The position numbers and the translations under genes are program-made. This document shows positions 9,751 through 19,620 of a DNA stretch of 36,973 nt, one piece after another. Position 1 is the stretch's first letter, and every line of letters begins with the position of its first letter. The DNA comes from Asterionella formosa (lineage: Eukaryota). Under the pieces are notes generated by a model. It was not told the origin of the DNA. It worked only from the letters and a program-made list of their open reading frames with translations, and ran no database searches. The stretch spans positions 62,001 to 98,973 of the forward strand of contig NKIB01009591.1 of assembly GCA_002256025.1 (NCBI GenBank). Direction: 5' to 3'.

Positions 9751-10620
9751 CTAAGCAGTAATCCAAGCCTCGTATAGGTCACGAAATGCAAGAAGACCCT
9801 CCTTGCTCTCCTTCTCGACAGCTTGTTGAATCGCCTGAGAGCCTTGCTCTTCAGCCTTTTCTTTCTTCATGGGTAGAATCTTTAGAAGGAACGAAGGAAA
9901 TTTTACTGATACCTTCAGGTGGCCATCAATGAAGAAGATAATTCCGTTTTCGTCAGGAGGGGGCTTGGCGGATACACGAGTAATTGAAAGCGGCCCGTCG
10001 TCCTTCTTTGCGACTTTTTTCTTCGAAGCACCCGTTAGTTGATTAAAGATCCACACAATTGGCTTCGCTCCTTCCACTTGTTGTTCATCGTCAATCAGTA
10101 CAAACTCAAATTCCGGAAAGTTATTGGAAGCTGTACTCGGGACCAGCTTGCTACCAATCAAAACGACGGATTTAAGGGTGAGTCCTGGGAAATGCATTCC
10201 TCCCGTAGTAACTTGCAAAACGACATCGCTCTCGTCGGGCTTCGTTCCCCCATTCATAACCGCCTTTTTTCGCCACAGTTGAAGAAGTTCAGGAGAAGGT
10301 ATCGATTCCGTGCAAGGTTTTCTGTTCCCGGCAGTCACCAAAGCGTTTCGATTCTCGTCGATTTGAAAGAACTCCAAAATCTTCTCGGGGCTTGCCAATG
10401 GAGCAGCAGATGACTCCGAGCGGACAATACCTACAAAGTTGAGACATGCAGCGTTTTTGGTTACCTCGTCGTCAGCTTCGTCCAGCGATACAGCCTTGAG
10501 TATTCCTAGCCTTGAGGAGGAGGTGCTGATGACGTTCCTATCAAGATTCGAGAGGTGGCCGAAGCCATAGATGTGAATTACATCAAAGACGAGAGTTGAA
10601 AATAGGATTAATCTCACCAT
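9751..10620 (-). CDS. Uncharacterised predicted plastid protein
   Basis: 289-aa ORF. Signal peptide with IYG|FGH site and Ser-rich transit-like region. Globular C-terminal part (HFPGLTL...FPSFLLKILP...AEEQGSQAI) that I cannot assign with confidence. Confidence 0.75.
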   Translation of the reverse strand: MVRLILFSTLVFDVIHIYGFGHLSNLDRNVISTSSSRLGILKAVSLDEADDEVTKNAACLNFVGIVRSESSAAPLASPEKILEFFQIDENRNALVTAGNRKPCTESIPSPELLQLWRKKAVMNGGTKPDESDVVLQVTTGGMHFPGLTLKSVVLIGSKLVPSTASNNFPEFEFVLIDDEQQVEGAKPIVWIFNQLTGASKKKVAKKDDGPLSITRVSAKPPPDENGIIFFIDGHLKVSVKFPSFLLKILPMKKEKAEEQGSQAIQQAVEKESKEGLLAFRDLYEAWITA

Positions 10621-10799
10621 TTCTGATCTTCTACCGTTAATCCTTCTTCAGAATGATAAGATAAAATCATCCATGCATGTGGCTGCTACCGGTACTTGGA
10701 TGTGGTGGTATGAATTCGAGTTTTTCGGAAACTGTCTCTTTTCCCCCCTCTGATGTGCGTGTATGTGGTATCAGTACCACCACTCCTAAATGTTTGCCA

Positions 10800-11090
10800 A
10801 CTATTACCGGTACCAGGTACCGTACGATCGATTCTCACGATGACCTACGACCTGTACGTCAGCAAGAGCCATTTTGCGCTGTTCATACATCAAGAGGAGT
10901 GTACACGTTGACTACTGTACAGTACCAGGTACCTGGTATTACCGGTACCGGCCCCCTGTTGCCTCACCGTATAGGTACGATATTCGTAATGGGTACCGGT
11001 ACAGTATACATCGTGTCAGGACCTGCTGCGGTGAATTCGCTCGTTCGCTTACCAGCTTATGGTACCAGGTACCTGGTAGCTAGGTATACG
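10800..11090. repeat. GGTACCW/TACCGGTA/GTAC cluster in divergent promoter
   Basis: taccggtaccaggtaccgtac (10805), taccaggtacctggta palindromes (10923, 11063), ggtaccggtac (10992). Confidence 0.88.
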
Positions 11091-11291
11091 TGACGGTGGC
11101 GATGTGCGTGTACAGTATACCCGTAGCTAAACACGTTTCGACGCCCAATTCTTCTTAAATTATACGGCGGTATCCATTCGAGATGCTGCGTTGATGATAC
11201 ACAGAAGACTGGACTCCTGTAATTGACCTAATTACTTGTATGTACTCCGTACTATGTATGCCTCGTGTATTAGCGAGCAAATCATTTGTCA

Positions 11292-12458
11292 ATGATGGTC
11301 AATAAACTGATCGAAACATTTAAGAAACAAGCCTCGTTCACAAAGGCATATTCTCCGCTTTATACGACCTTATTCGCTAGCATCGCTTCATGGTTGGAAA
11401 ACAATCCTGACTGCGAAACAAGAAGATGGCTTGTTGATGTCAGCTCTACACGATCACCCTTAGAAACGTCACTGCTACTGATGGCAGGAATGCACCGTGA
11501 AGTGTTATTAGATGCCCCTGGTACTCAGGAATTGAGACAATACTATCCTTCGGTCGGAGGCTCCAAGTCACATAATGATATCGGTTTGCCTAAAATATTT
11601 GCAGAGGCGCTTACCTCTCGAAAAGAATCGTTATCAGAAATGATGCAGAATGCAACAGTTCAAACTAATGAAACGGCGAGAGGAATCTTTTGGCTCTTCC
11701 CTGCAGTGGTAACAGGTTGGGGAAGTATGCATCTCATCGATTTAGGCGCCAGTGCAGGTCTAAATCTTGTTGGGGAGCAAAGAAGGTTCGCCATGGTGGG
11801 TCCCGACTTCTCTGAATTTGCATCATTTGGACTGGCTCCCAGCACTCAGTTTGTAACAAAGTGTGAACCAGTAATCCCTCACTCCTGGAATGCTTTGTCG
11901 GATATACCATGTATTTTGACAAGATCAGGATGCGACTTGAACCCACTACCACTGGAGACAGACATAGATCAGAAAATTCTCAAAAGTTTTGTATGGGCTG
12001 ACCAATTGGAACGAATGGCAAGATTGGAAGAGGGTATCATGGCGCATGCATCTGTCAGTAGAAAACAACAAATCCAAGTAATGCCAGCCAATTTACCTCA
12101 TGATCTTCCATATTTCCTCAGATCATTATCCCTTGACGATGATAAAGCCCCAGTACTCATTTACAACACTTATATGACAGCATATTTAGAGAATGAAGGG
12201 CTTGCACTATATGACTACATTGCAGATTGGGCAGCAGAAACAAATCGGCCTGTCTTGTGGGCTCAAGCTGAACCACCCAAGGAGGGGATGGTTGAGGCTC
12301 CTGATAACTTCCACTGGTGTGCTTGGACAATAGATTTGTGGCAACCAGGAAAAGGTCATTCAAGTTGGCACATTGCTTGGGTTCATCCACATGGCACAGA
12401 AGTGAAGTGGCTAAATCCAAGTCTTGAATTGTTCTTGCAGGAGTTTAGTCAATTGTAG
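11292..12458 (+). CDS. DUF2332-family protein (bacterial-type, putative SAM-binding fold)
   Basis: ATG at 11292, intronless. Motifs VQTNETAR, LIDLGASAGLNL, RSGCDLNP, LKSFVWADQLERMARLE and C-terminal HPHGTEVKW are characteristic of DUF2332. Confidence 0.8.
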   Translation: MMVNKLIETFKKQASFTKAYSPLYTTLFASIASWLENNPDCETRRWLVDVSSTRSPLETSLLLMAGMHREVLLDAPGTQELRQYYPSVGGSKSHNDIGLPKIFAEALTSRKESLSEMMQNATVQTNETARGIFWLFPAVVTGWGSMHLIDLGASAGLNLVGEQRRFAMVGPDFSEFASFGLAPSTQFVTKCEPVIPHSWNALSDIPCILTRSGCDLNPLPLETDIDQKILKSFVWADQLERMARLEEGIMAHASVSRKQQIQVMPANLPHDLPYFLRSLSLDDDKAPVLIYNTYMTAYLENEGLALYDYIADWAAETNRPVLWAQAEPPKEGMVEAPDNFHWCAWTIDLWQPGKGHSSWHIAWVHPHGTEVKWLNPSLELFLQEFSQL

Positions 12459-13960
12459 ATGTCATGGTGAACCAATTATTTATGTTGTTGATTTTTTGCA
12501 TTATATACAGTCAAAGACTATTGGTAGAATACAGTAGTCTTAAATCATCAATTGCTGCCACCATGAAAATAAGTATAGTTGAACCATTTTTTCATTTTGT
12601 GCCATTTCTTCTAATACAACAGCATGGCTACTGATTTTGGGGAAGTAGACTAGGTACATCATGTACTTTGATGATATGTATAGTTTACTTGCTAGTGAGT
12701 AAGATTGGCAGTCAGCACACACTTTTCCTGCTGGTAGATCTGCACACTCATAAATTTCAGAGAGAATAGAGATAACCTTGTGCTATAGTAGACTATATAC
12801 TGGTACTCTGCTATGTAATGTTATGCAAATGGACTGGTATGATGGATACACTGGCTGATATATATAAGAACAGATGATGTGCCTGGTCATTTACAGGCAA
12901 AAAATTTAAATGGACATGAATGGTCTTTGGACCTACCTTCTTTTAGTACTATTCATCATTAAGGAGTATATCAGACTGAGGAACAAGGCAACAGTTATGT
13001 GGTGTGCAGGTGGAAGACCAATCTATGAAAAGTATGGGGCTTCATATCCACTGAAACTATTCAACAGCAGCAACAATGTATATCATAAACAAAACCCTCC
13101 ATCACTTTTCAGCAAAACAGAGATGTTGGATTTGTGCCAAAACTCAAAATTTTTGATTCATACTGGTAGTAAGTTGGTGTGCATAAAACATCTAAAAAAC
13201 TAGTAGTACTTACAAGAAACCAAGAACAGTATTCTGGTTGTTGAAAACAGTTTGCGTATCATGTAGCCTAAAATATAGAAAATATTATAGTGTTTGGCAT
13301 TGTGTCAAACAATCCATCGGAATTCTACCCATAACTATAAAAATCAAGGTAAATGGTAAATTTTATAATTGAGACTAGTCTGCAGGAGGGAGGGTCGAAT
13401 TGCAATAAGGATGTCGTTTTGATCGAAGAAAATCAAATTTTTGTGAGTATCATACTCTCATAATCAAATTATTGGTTTGCTTGTTTGTCAATCATAAAGT
13501 AGGGCTTAAGGCCAAGAAGGGTCATTTTCCCCTACTTTTTTAGTATAATGGCTGTATTTTGCAAAACAAGTTGAACTAGGGTCTAATGAGCCAACCATCT
13601 TCTGCTTTGTTGTTCCCATCAAACTTCCTAGCATTGAGGTTAGAAATGGAGCAATCAACAATTCATTGACATTGTTATATGCTGCCATTAAATCAATTTT
13701 GTGTTATTTGGAATCAAAGTGACAGTGAAAGCAAAATTGGGGGTCAGGAGCCATTTTTCCACCAGGAACACTTTTTACAAAATACTCAGCACCAAGGAGA
13801 AGACTTTCGGTGTGAAATTGTAGCTCTTAGTAGAGTACATGCAGTATACATAGATGAGGGGCAGCTAGTTGGCTGTCTTGATTATTATCGAAGCTTTCGA
13901 TTTAAAAAAGGGCAAAGATCATTTTCTTGTTGCACTTTTTCACAAGAGCAGAAGGAGTAC

Positions 13961-13976
13961 ATATATATATATATAT
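13961..13976. repeat. (AT)8 microsatellite
   Basis: atatatatatatatat read directly. Confidence 0.9.
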
Positions 13977-14505
13977 GGATTATCGATTGATAAATACTTC
14001 TATAGAAATAATCACTGTTTGCATGGAGAGAAATTAACGCTCGGCAATAAGTGCGGTTTCAATTTTCGTTTTAGTTTCTACATACATGCCGGTACATGTA
14101 TTAGCCAAATACCGGTATAAACCTCTGCAGTCTGTACATCTATCCGTAAAAATACATACCGTACGTACACAATCATGTAGTAAGTAGACAACATGTTTTC
14201 GACCTTTGGAAATAGACGTCACCTCGCTGCTGGTTCGTCGGTCAGATTTCCGAAGCCCTGCTGGCCTGACGAAACCGAACTTCTCCAACTAAATATCCAT
14301 ACATACATATACGTATATATATATGTGTAGACATTGCGGAATTCTTTCTTGATCTTCGTATTGCATATATGTAGAGACGCTATGTATTTTTTGCAACGAC
14401 CTGTACCTGGTATCATATATTTCTGACATCATGGGGGTTGGGCCTGCATGAATCCTCATAAATTCCTCCAGACGGAGCAAACGCACAATTTTTTGCCCGT
14501 AGCAA

Positions 14506-15558
14506 ATGGCTCGTAGTGTGCTTGCCATGTCCACAGGATTGGGAGCGAAGACATTGATCCCTGAATGTCGGTTGTTGAACGTTGCTCCATCTCTCCTTGC
14601 TGAAATTCCCTCGGAACGAGACGCTGAGGCAGCATATAAGGGGCCGAGACTCATCAAGACAGAACTGTATGCTCGGGTCTTACAAGACGAATGGAAGCAA
14701 GAATGCTATCCCAACGGGGTCAACGAAATGGAATCTTCCATGGGAGGGCCCTTCATTTTCTCGGACGCAAACGTGAACTATCATGGTCACGTGGTGTATC
14801 CGCCAGACTTTCACCACGACGAGCGTTTGCCGGCAATTATCATCTTCCAGACTGGAGCTGGTCCTCGAGACCTCTTCTTTCATTGGAGGGCAGACGCCTG
14901 GGCAAAAGGTATTCACAATGGAAAGGAACTCAAGGAGCTGAGATGCATTGTCTTTATCGCCGATTTGCTTTCCGACGATCGTGGATGGGGTTGGGACGAT
15001 GACAAGTCATATTATGAGAATATAAGAAAGGATTTATTGAAAGTTGAAAATGGCATTCGGAAAAATCTGCGCCACCAAATCGAACTCGTTGTTCGTACTG
15101 TGCAAAAGATGGAAGGCGTTGATGACGAAAAGCTCGCAGCATTTTGTTTCTGTTTGTCGGGTCACGTCATGATGGAACTGGCCCGCATGCGAGTACCAGG
15201 AGTCCGATGCGCTGCCGCCTTTCACGGAGTGTATGATCAGCTGAGCACAACCAAGTTAGAAGTGACCCATGGTGACCCTCTCAAACTATTGATATGCCAC
15301 GGTGCCTCTGATCCGTTCGTTGACGACGCTGACTTGCAATTTGTCAAGGATCAGTTGTCGCTGTTGCCAAACGTCGAGTGGAAAATACATGAGTTTCCTG
15401 GTGTGATCCATGGTTTTACCAATCCATCCCATGCTCATCATCCCAATGCGAGATGTTTCAGATATTTTCCCGAAGAAACAAGAACGTCCATGAAAGATGC
15501 ACTTGATATGTTTGTGGAAACTTGCTTTTTCGATCCATTTCAAGCTAAACTGAACTAG
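14506..15558 (+). CDS. Dienelactone hydrolase family (alpha/beta hydrolase)
   Basis: 350-aa ORF. PAIIIF, VFIADL, nucleophile region AAFCFCLSG, AAAFHG, LICHGASDPFV (Asp), GVIHGFTNP (His). Confidence 0.85.
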   Translation: MARSVLAMSTGLGAKTLIPECRLLNVAPSLLAEIPSERDAEAAYKGPRLIKTELYARVLQDEWKQECYPNGVNEMESSMGGPFIFSDANVNYHGHVVYPPDFHHDERLPAIIIFQTGAGPRDLFFHWRADAWAKGIHNGKELKELRCIVFIADLLSDDRGWGWDDDKSYYENIRKDLLKVENGIRKNLRHQIELVVRTVQKMEGVDDEKLAAFCFCLSGHVMMELARMRVPGVRCAAAFHGVYDQLSTTKLEVTHGDPLKLLICHGASDPFVDDADLQFVKDQLSLLPNVEWKIHEFPGVIHGFTNPSHAHHPNARCFRYFPEETRTSMKDALDMFVETCFFDPFQAKLN

Positions 15559-16022
15559 GAAAATGGATTGCTGACCAGCGTAATTAGCCTATATTAGTAC
15601 CATCAGACGGAGAAACATGCAAACGATTCAATGGTTCATGCCATCTGAAAATAAGGGCAAATGATATCACATCAAACGATTTGCACAAATAAATAAGATG
15701 ATCGAAACTATAGAAACCTCGCCAAACAATAGATCCTAGCGGAAAAAGGCACGGCGAACGTAGTTCCTCAAGTATGTGTGGTGTCCAACCACATCAAGGT
15801 ATTCCTATGATCCTTCGAAGTACCCTATTGATCACTTTTTGTTCTACCGTGAACGAAACACGAAGTTGATCCAAATAAGGACTTTGCAGAAGACATTTAA
15901 CGAATGGCACCGACAATCAATTGCCTTCCCGAGCGTGCAGGAAAATGTAGCGTAAACGCCTGAAAGTCCGTGTCAATGAAAGCAAAACTCGATTTGTGAC
16001 GAATTGTATGATACTTTCAAGA

Positions 16023-17000
16023 CTAGTCATTGGAAACTATAGGCTCCAAGCATTCATCATCACTTGGCACTTGCTCCTCTTCTTGCTCGCCCACTAGACT
16101 AGCCAAAATGCTTGCGGCTTCTTGATCGTCTCCGGCTCGTTTATCTTTGTGCGCATGTCGGATATCAAACTTCATTCTCGTCACTGGCATTTTGCAATAA
16201 TTGCAGTAGAAAAATTTGATTCTATTTTGTCGACAATAGCGATGACTGCATCGCAGCTCGGATCCATGTGGCGTGGTTGGCGGAATGACAAAAAAGGCGT
16301 TTTGGTGCGTGTGTGTTGGACCCATCATGCGAGCTGGGCATGGCACCTTATGCGGGTGGTCAGGATACACGTACCTTTGCTTGTTTCTGATTGTCTCGGC
16401 GACAAATGGTCTCGACAGAGCTCGTTTCGCAGCGAGCTCCTTGAGCTCGTCCAACGTCATGTTGAGAAGTTGATCTCTCGAGGGATGACTCACAGTGACT
16501 CCAGGTACGCCAGCATGGTGAGGTTGGAGAGGAGAAGAATGGCCCGGAAGGTCTTGTCCAGGATGAGGGGCAGCATTTGTGCTAGACTGGTATTGGAAGG
16601 GCATGGGATGCTGTCGATTCTGCTCATTAGTCGCTATAATGCTAATGTTGCTGACTGGTTGACATGCAAGTGCTACTGGAGGCGAGGTGGATTGTCCCGA
16701 AGATAGCTTGGCTCCTGCCAGTGATGGACCTGTTCGCTGAAGTGCACTACATGGAAGGATAGATTTCCCTAGTGCGAGTAACGGAATCGCTGCATTTTTC
16801 CGTTCGGCTTCTCTGGTGGGGTCACGGTTGGAATCAGAATCACATGCTTGTTCCGACAGCTCAAGATCAGCTGTATCCTCACTTTGAGGTTCATCGGATC
16901 CTTCCGATTCATCCCCTTGCATATGTCTCTCTGATATTCTCTTCGACTTGCGAGACACGATCTCAGCTTTTTGCTTCACAGTGTGTGCAGTTCTAGCCAT
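16023..17000 (-). CDS. Low-complexity protein with diatom-type Cys/His putative zinc-binding domain
   Basis: 325-aa ORF. CPAR..H..AFFVIP..HG.EL.CSH..C....KF.YC..C..PV....F..RHAH at about 16149-16350. Basic NLS-like N-terminus. Confidence 0.8.
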   Translation of the reverse strand: MARTAHTVKQKAEIVSRKSKRISERHMQGDESEGSDEPQSEDTADLELSEQACDSDSNRDPTREAERKNAAIPLLALGKSILPCSALQRTGPSLAGAKLSSGQSTSPPVALACQPVSNISIIATNEQNRQHPMPFQYQSSTNAAPHPGQDLPGHSSPLQPHHAGVPGVTVSHPSRDQLLNMTLDELKELAAKRALSRPFVAETIRNKQRYVYPDHPHKVPCPARMMGPTHTHQNAFFVIPPTTPHGSELRCSHRYCRQNRIKFFYCNYCKMPVTRMKFDIRHAHKDKRAGDDQEAASILASLVGEQEEEQVPSDDECLEPIVSND

Positions 17001-17260
17001 GGTTGTTCTTGCAAACCATTCACTCTTTTATAGAATACCGGAAGGCTACACTTCCTGTTCTATATAGTACATCATATAACATCATGCATGCCATGGTCAC
17101 ATCAATCACCGGTACTCGGCTATTTCACATTGCGTCAAATACAGAGGAATGAGCGTATTATTACTACGGATTTATATAAATAATGCATATTTGTGGTGAA
17201 GCCAATGTTCTTGGTATGATCCTACGCTATTTCCGCCCGCAAGTCCTGGAAGAAATACAG

Positions 17261-17600
17261 TACCAGGGTACATAGATTCAGCCAAGGAACAGCCACTGGT
17301 CGATTATGCTGGCTGATCTAGCATGATCCCTACCATTGTAGGAACATGGTAGGAGTTAGAGCAAGTTCCGTTAACTTTTTATCCCAAGTTGCAGGTACCT
17401 GGTACTACCATACCGGTACTGTATTATCATACCGGTATTGTGTTTAGTGGTACCAGGTACCCTGGTAGTCTACTACCTGTTAGCAGGTACCTGGTACCGG
17501 TAAATAGAGTATAGCTACGGGCATTATGCATCATGATCATCACACGTACTACCGTACTCCGAATAGCATATTCTGTACCACTACCATGGTATCAGGGGTA
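17261..17600. repeat. GGTACCW/TACCGGTA cluster in divergent promoter
   Basis: caggtacctggtac (17392), ggtaccaggtaccctggta (17449), caggtacctggtaccggta (17484), taccatggta (17582). Confidence 0.88.
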
Positions 17601-17938
17601 GTAGACTACTGGTGCTCCTTGTTTCTCTTGTCGTGTCGTGATATGTACATAGTACAACCGAACATGATTACCGGGGGTATCTGGTAGTGGTGGTAATATA
17701 AGAATGACATTTTACTACTGGAATACATAGTATGTCATAGCATTATAACCGTATATTTATACCGCATTATTACAGTAATTAAAAGCAAAAGCATGTGCTC
17801 GTGTACTGCTCGTTTGCTTTGTGCGTTTGTTCCTCCGGGCACGACACGATACGGTTTCCCATGTTTTATAGATCGTCTCCACATCCCAGAAATTGCTTGA
17901 TTCGCGTTGATTCGGTCCATCATTTGAGTTTCATCATT

Positions 17939-18379
17939 ATGAGCTCCTCTACTTTTATACCTCGCGAAAGTGAACGCAAACGAAAACAAGATGAAGAAGT
18001 AATTCCGAACGTCGAAAAGAAAGGTCGAAAACGTCGTCGCGGGACGTTCACATCCGATACTTCATCAGAGTCAAGTTATGAGCGCCACAAAAAGAAGAAA
18101 CACTCGAAACGTCGAAAGTCAGACAGAAATAGTCATTCTTCCGACGAAGATGAACGGCGACGAAGAAAACATAAAAAGAGCAAACTGAAGAAGGACAAGA
18201 AAAGGAATAAAGGTGATGACGATGAAGACTCTAGACTTGCAGGGGTCGCGAAGGAGACCGTCCGAAGATCTGTGATTACCGGCAAGAGAATCAAGATGCA
18301 CATTGAAAAGACAGAAGACGATCTGCTACAAGATCAAGCTCGAAAGGATTTGCTAAGATTTATGAATTCATCCATTTAA
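17939..18379 (+). CDS. Small Lys/Arg/Ser-rich putative nuclear protein
   Basis: First ATG at 17939, in frame with the ORF track. K/R/S/D low complexity followed by a structured-looking C-terminus RRSVITGKRIKMHIEKT...LLRFMNS. Confidence 0.75.
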   Translation: MSSSTFIPRESERKRKQDEEVIPNVEKKGRKRRRGTFTSDTSSESSYERHKKKKHSKRRKSDRNSHSSDEDERRRRKHKKSKLKKDKKRNKGDDDEDSRLAGVAKETVRRSVITGKRIKMHIEKTEDDLLQDQARKDLLRFMNSSI

Positions 18380-18634
18380 AATATTTTAAAATGGTCATGC
18401 GAAATGGAATTAAGAATACCTAAACACTACTGTCATTCAAAGCAACGCAAGTAACTGCAGACGGATGGCCAAAGACAGAAGACGATCTGCAACAAGATCA
18501 AGCTCGAAAGGATTTGCTTAGATTTATGAATTCATCTATTTAAAATACTTTGAAATGGTCACGCGAAATGGAATTAAGAATACCTAAACACTACTGTCAT
18601 TCAAAGCAACGCAAGTAACTGCAGACGGATGGCC
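18307..18634. repeat. 164-bp tandem duplication (18307-18470 / 18471-18634)
   Basis: Both copies run aaagacagaagacgatctgc...gcagacggatggcc. Six substitutions counted by eye, no indels. Confidence 0.95.
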
Positions 18635-19620
18635 ATTGTACTGACAAACAACTTCTCCAGTTCGCAAATTCCATAATTTAGCAGTGTGGTCACTGCTGGC
18701 TGTCACCAAGTATGATGAATCAGCGCAAAATGCAGCATCCCAAATCCACTTTGTGTGACTCTCAAGTATTTGTGAAAGTTCCCAAGTGTCTGTATCCCAT
18801 AGTCGGGCCGTACCATCGCTCCCAGTAGTGACCAATTGTCGTGAATCAGGTGATATTTTGGCGTGTAAGCAGTAAGATCCCGGTGGATGGGCTCTGAACT
18901 TGGTAGTTGGTTTTAGATTGTCGGCAAACGTCGTCGGATCCCAACAAAATACCATTGCGTGATTCGACACAGCCACCAACGTTGAATCGTCTTCTGCAAT
19001 ATCAACATCTTGCACCGACACAGGCTTACCGGCTACACCCTTGGGGTCTGGGATAACAGAGTTGATGCACTTTGCACTACCGAGATCCCATATCTTAACG
19101 CAGCCGTTTTGGTCCCCACTTATAATTTCATCGCGCCTATTCCGATGTGCGACGGATGTGACTGGCCCCTTGGCGTTGAAGCTACGAGCATATGTTCGTG
19201 ATTTAAGGTCCCATAACTTGACCGTGCCTTTGGCAAATGAATGGAGGGAATCGTGTGTTAGTTTGTCGTGTTGTGATTCTGTTTCGGGCGACCAAAACTC
19301 TCGATAGGAACTTAGGAACAACACATACCATCTTCACTCCCACTGTACAGGTACCGGCCATCCCTCTGAAAGCCCAAGCTCGTTACTGACGTTGTGTGTC
19401 CTTCTAACGTGAGCACTGGAGCATCCATGGCTGGATTGTTGATTTCGTATAGTCTAATTTGTGGATTCCCGCCAGCAGCGAGAAATTGCTTGTCGGGGGT
19501 TATTTCGAGGCAATTCACTTGGGAATCTGGATGTCTCAACGTGCGACTGCATTTTCCAGAGGGAGCTTCCCAAAATCTGATTATGTGATCATATCCAGCA
19601 GTCGCGAGAATGACTGACAT
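18584..19620 (-). CDS. LST8: TOR complex subunit LST8 (WD40); complement(join(18584..19227,19329..19620))
   Basis: [22 protein letters not shown]...[12 protein letters not shown]...[14 protein letters not shown] is joined by a 101-nt GTATGT...CAAAG intron (19328-19228). Ends [21 protein letters not shown]...VTCVALND. Confidence 0.95.

Noticed and set aside
10800..11090. GTAC cores as copper-response elements
   Set aside because: CuRE/SBP-domain regulation is established for the green lineage, and the motif here precedes functionally unrelated genes.
10677..11093. ORFs rich in VPGT/WYLVPG (also 1263, 4996, 5003, 27159, 29255)
   Set aside because: These are translations of the GGTACCW repeats, with no other coding features.
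13500..13990. Short ORFs in the 13.5-14 kb, 20.4-20.7 kb and 25.1-25.5 kb regions as genes
   Set aside because: No recognisable domains or consistent splice model; possibly further decayed relics, but I cannot support a call.
16122..16706. 194-aa plus-strand ORF and other antisense ORFs (7349, 10039, 31908, 32440)
   Set aside because: Shadow frames of well-supported genes on the opposite strand, with no recognisable motifs.
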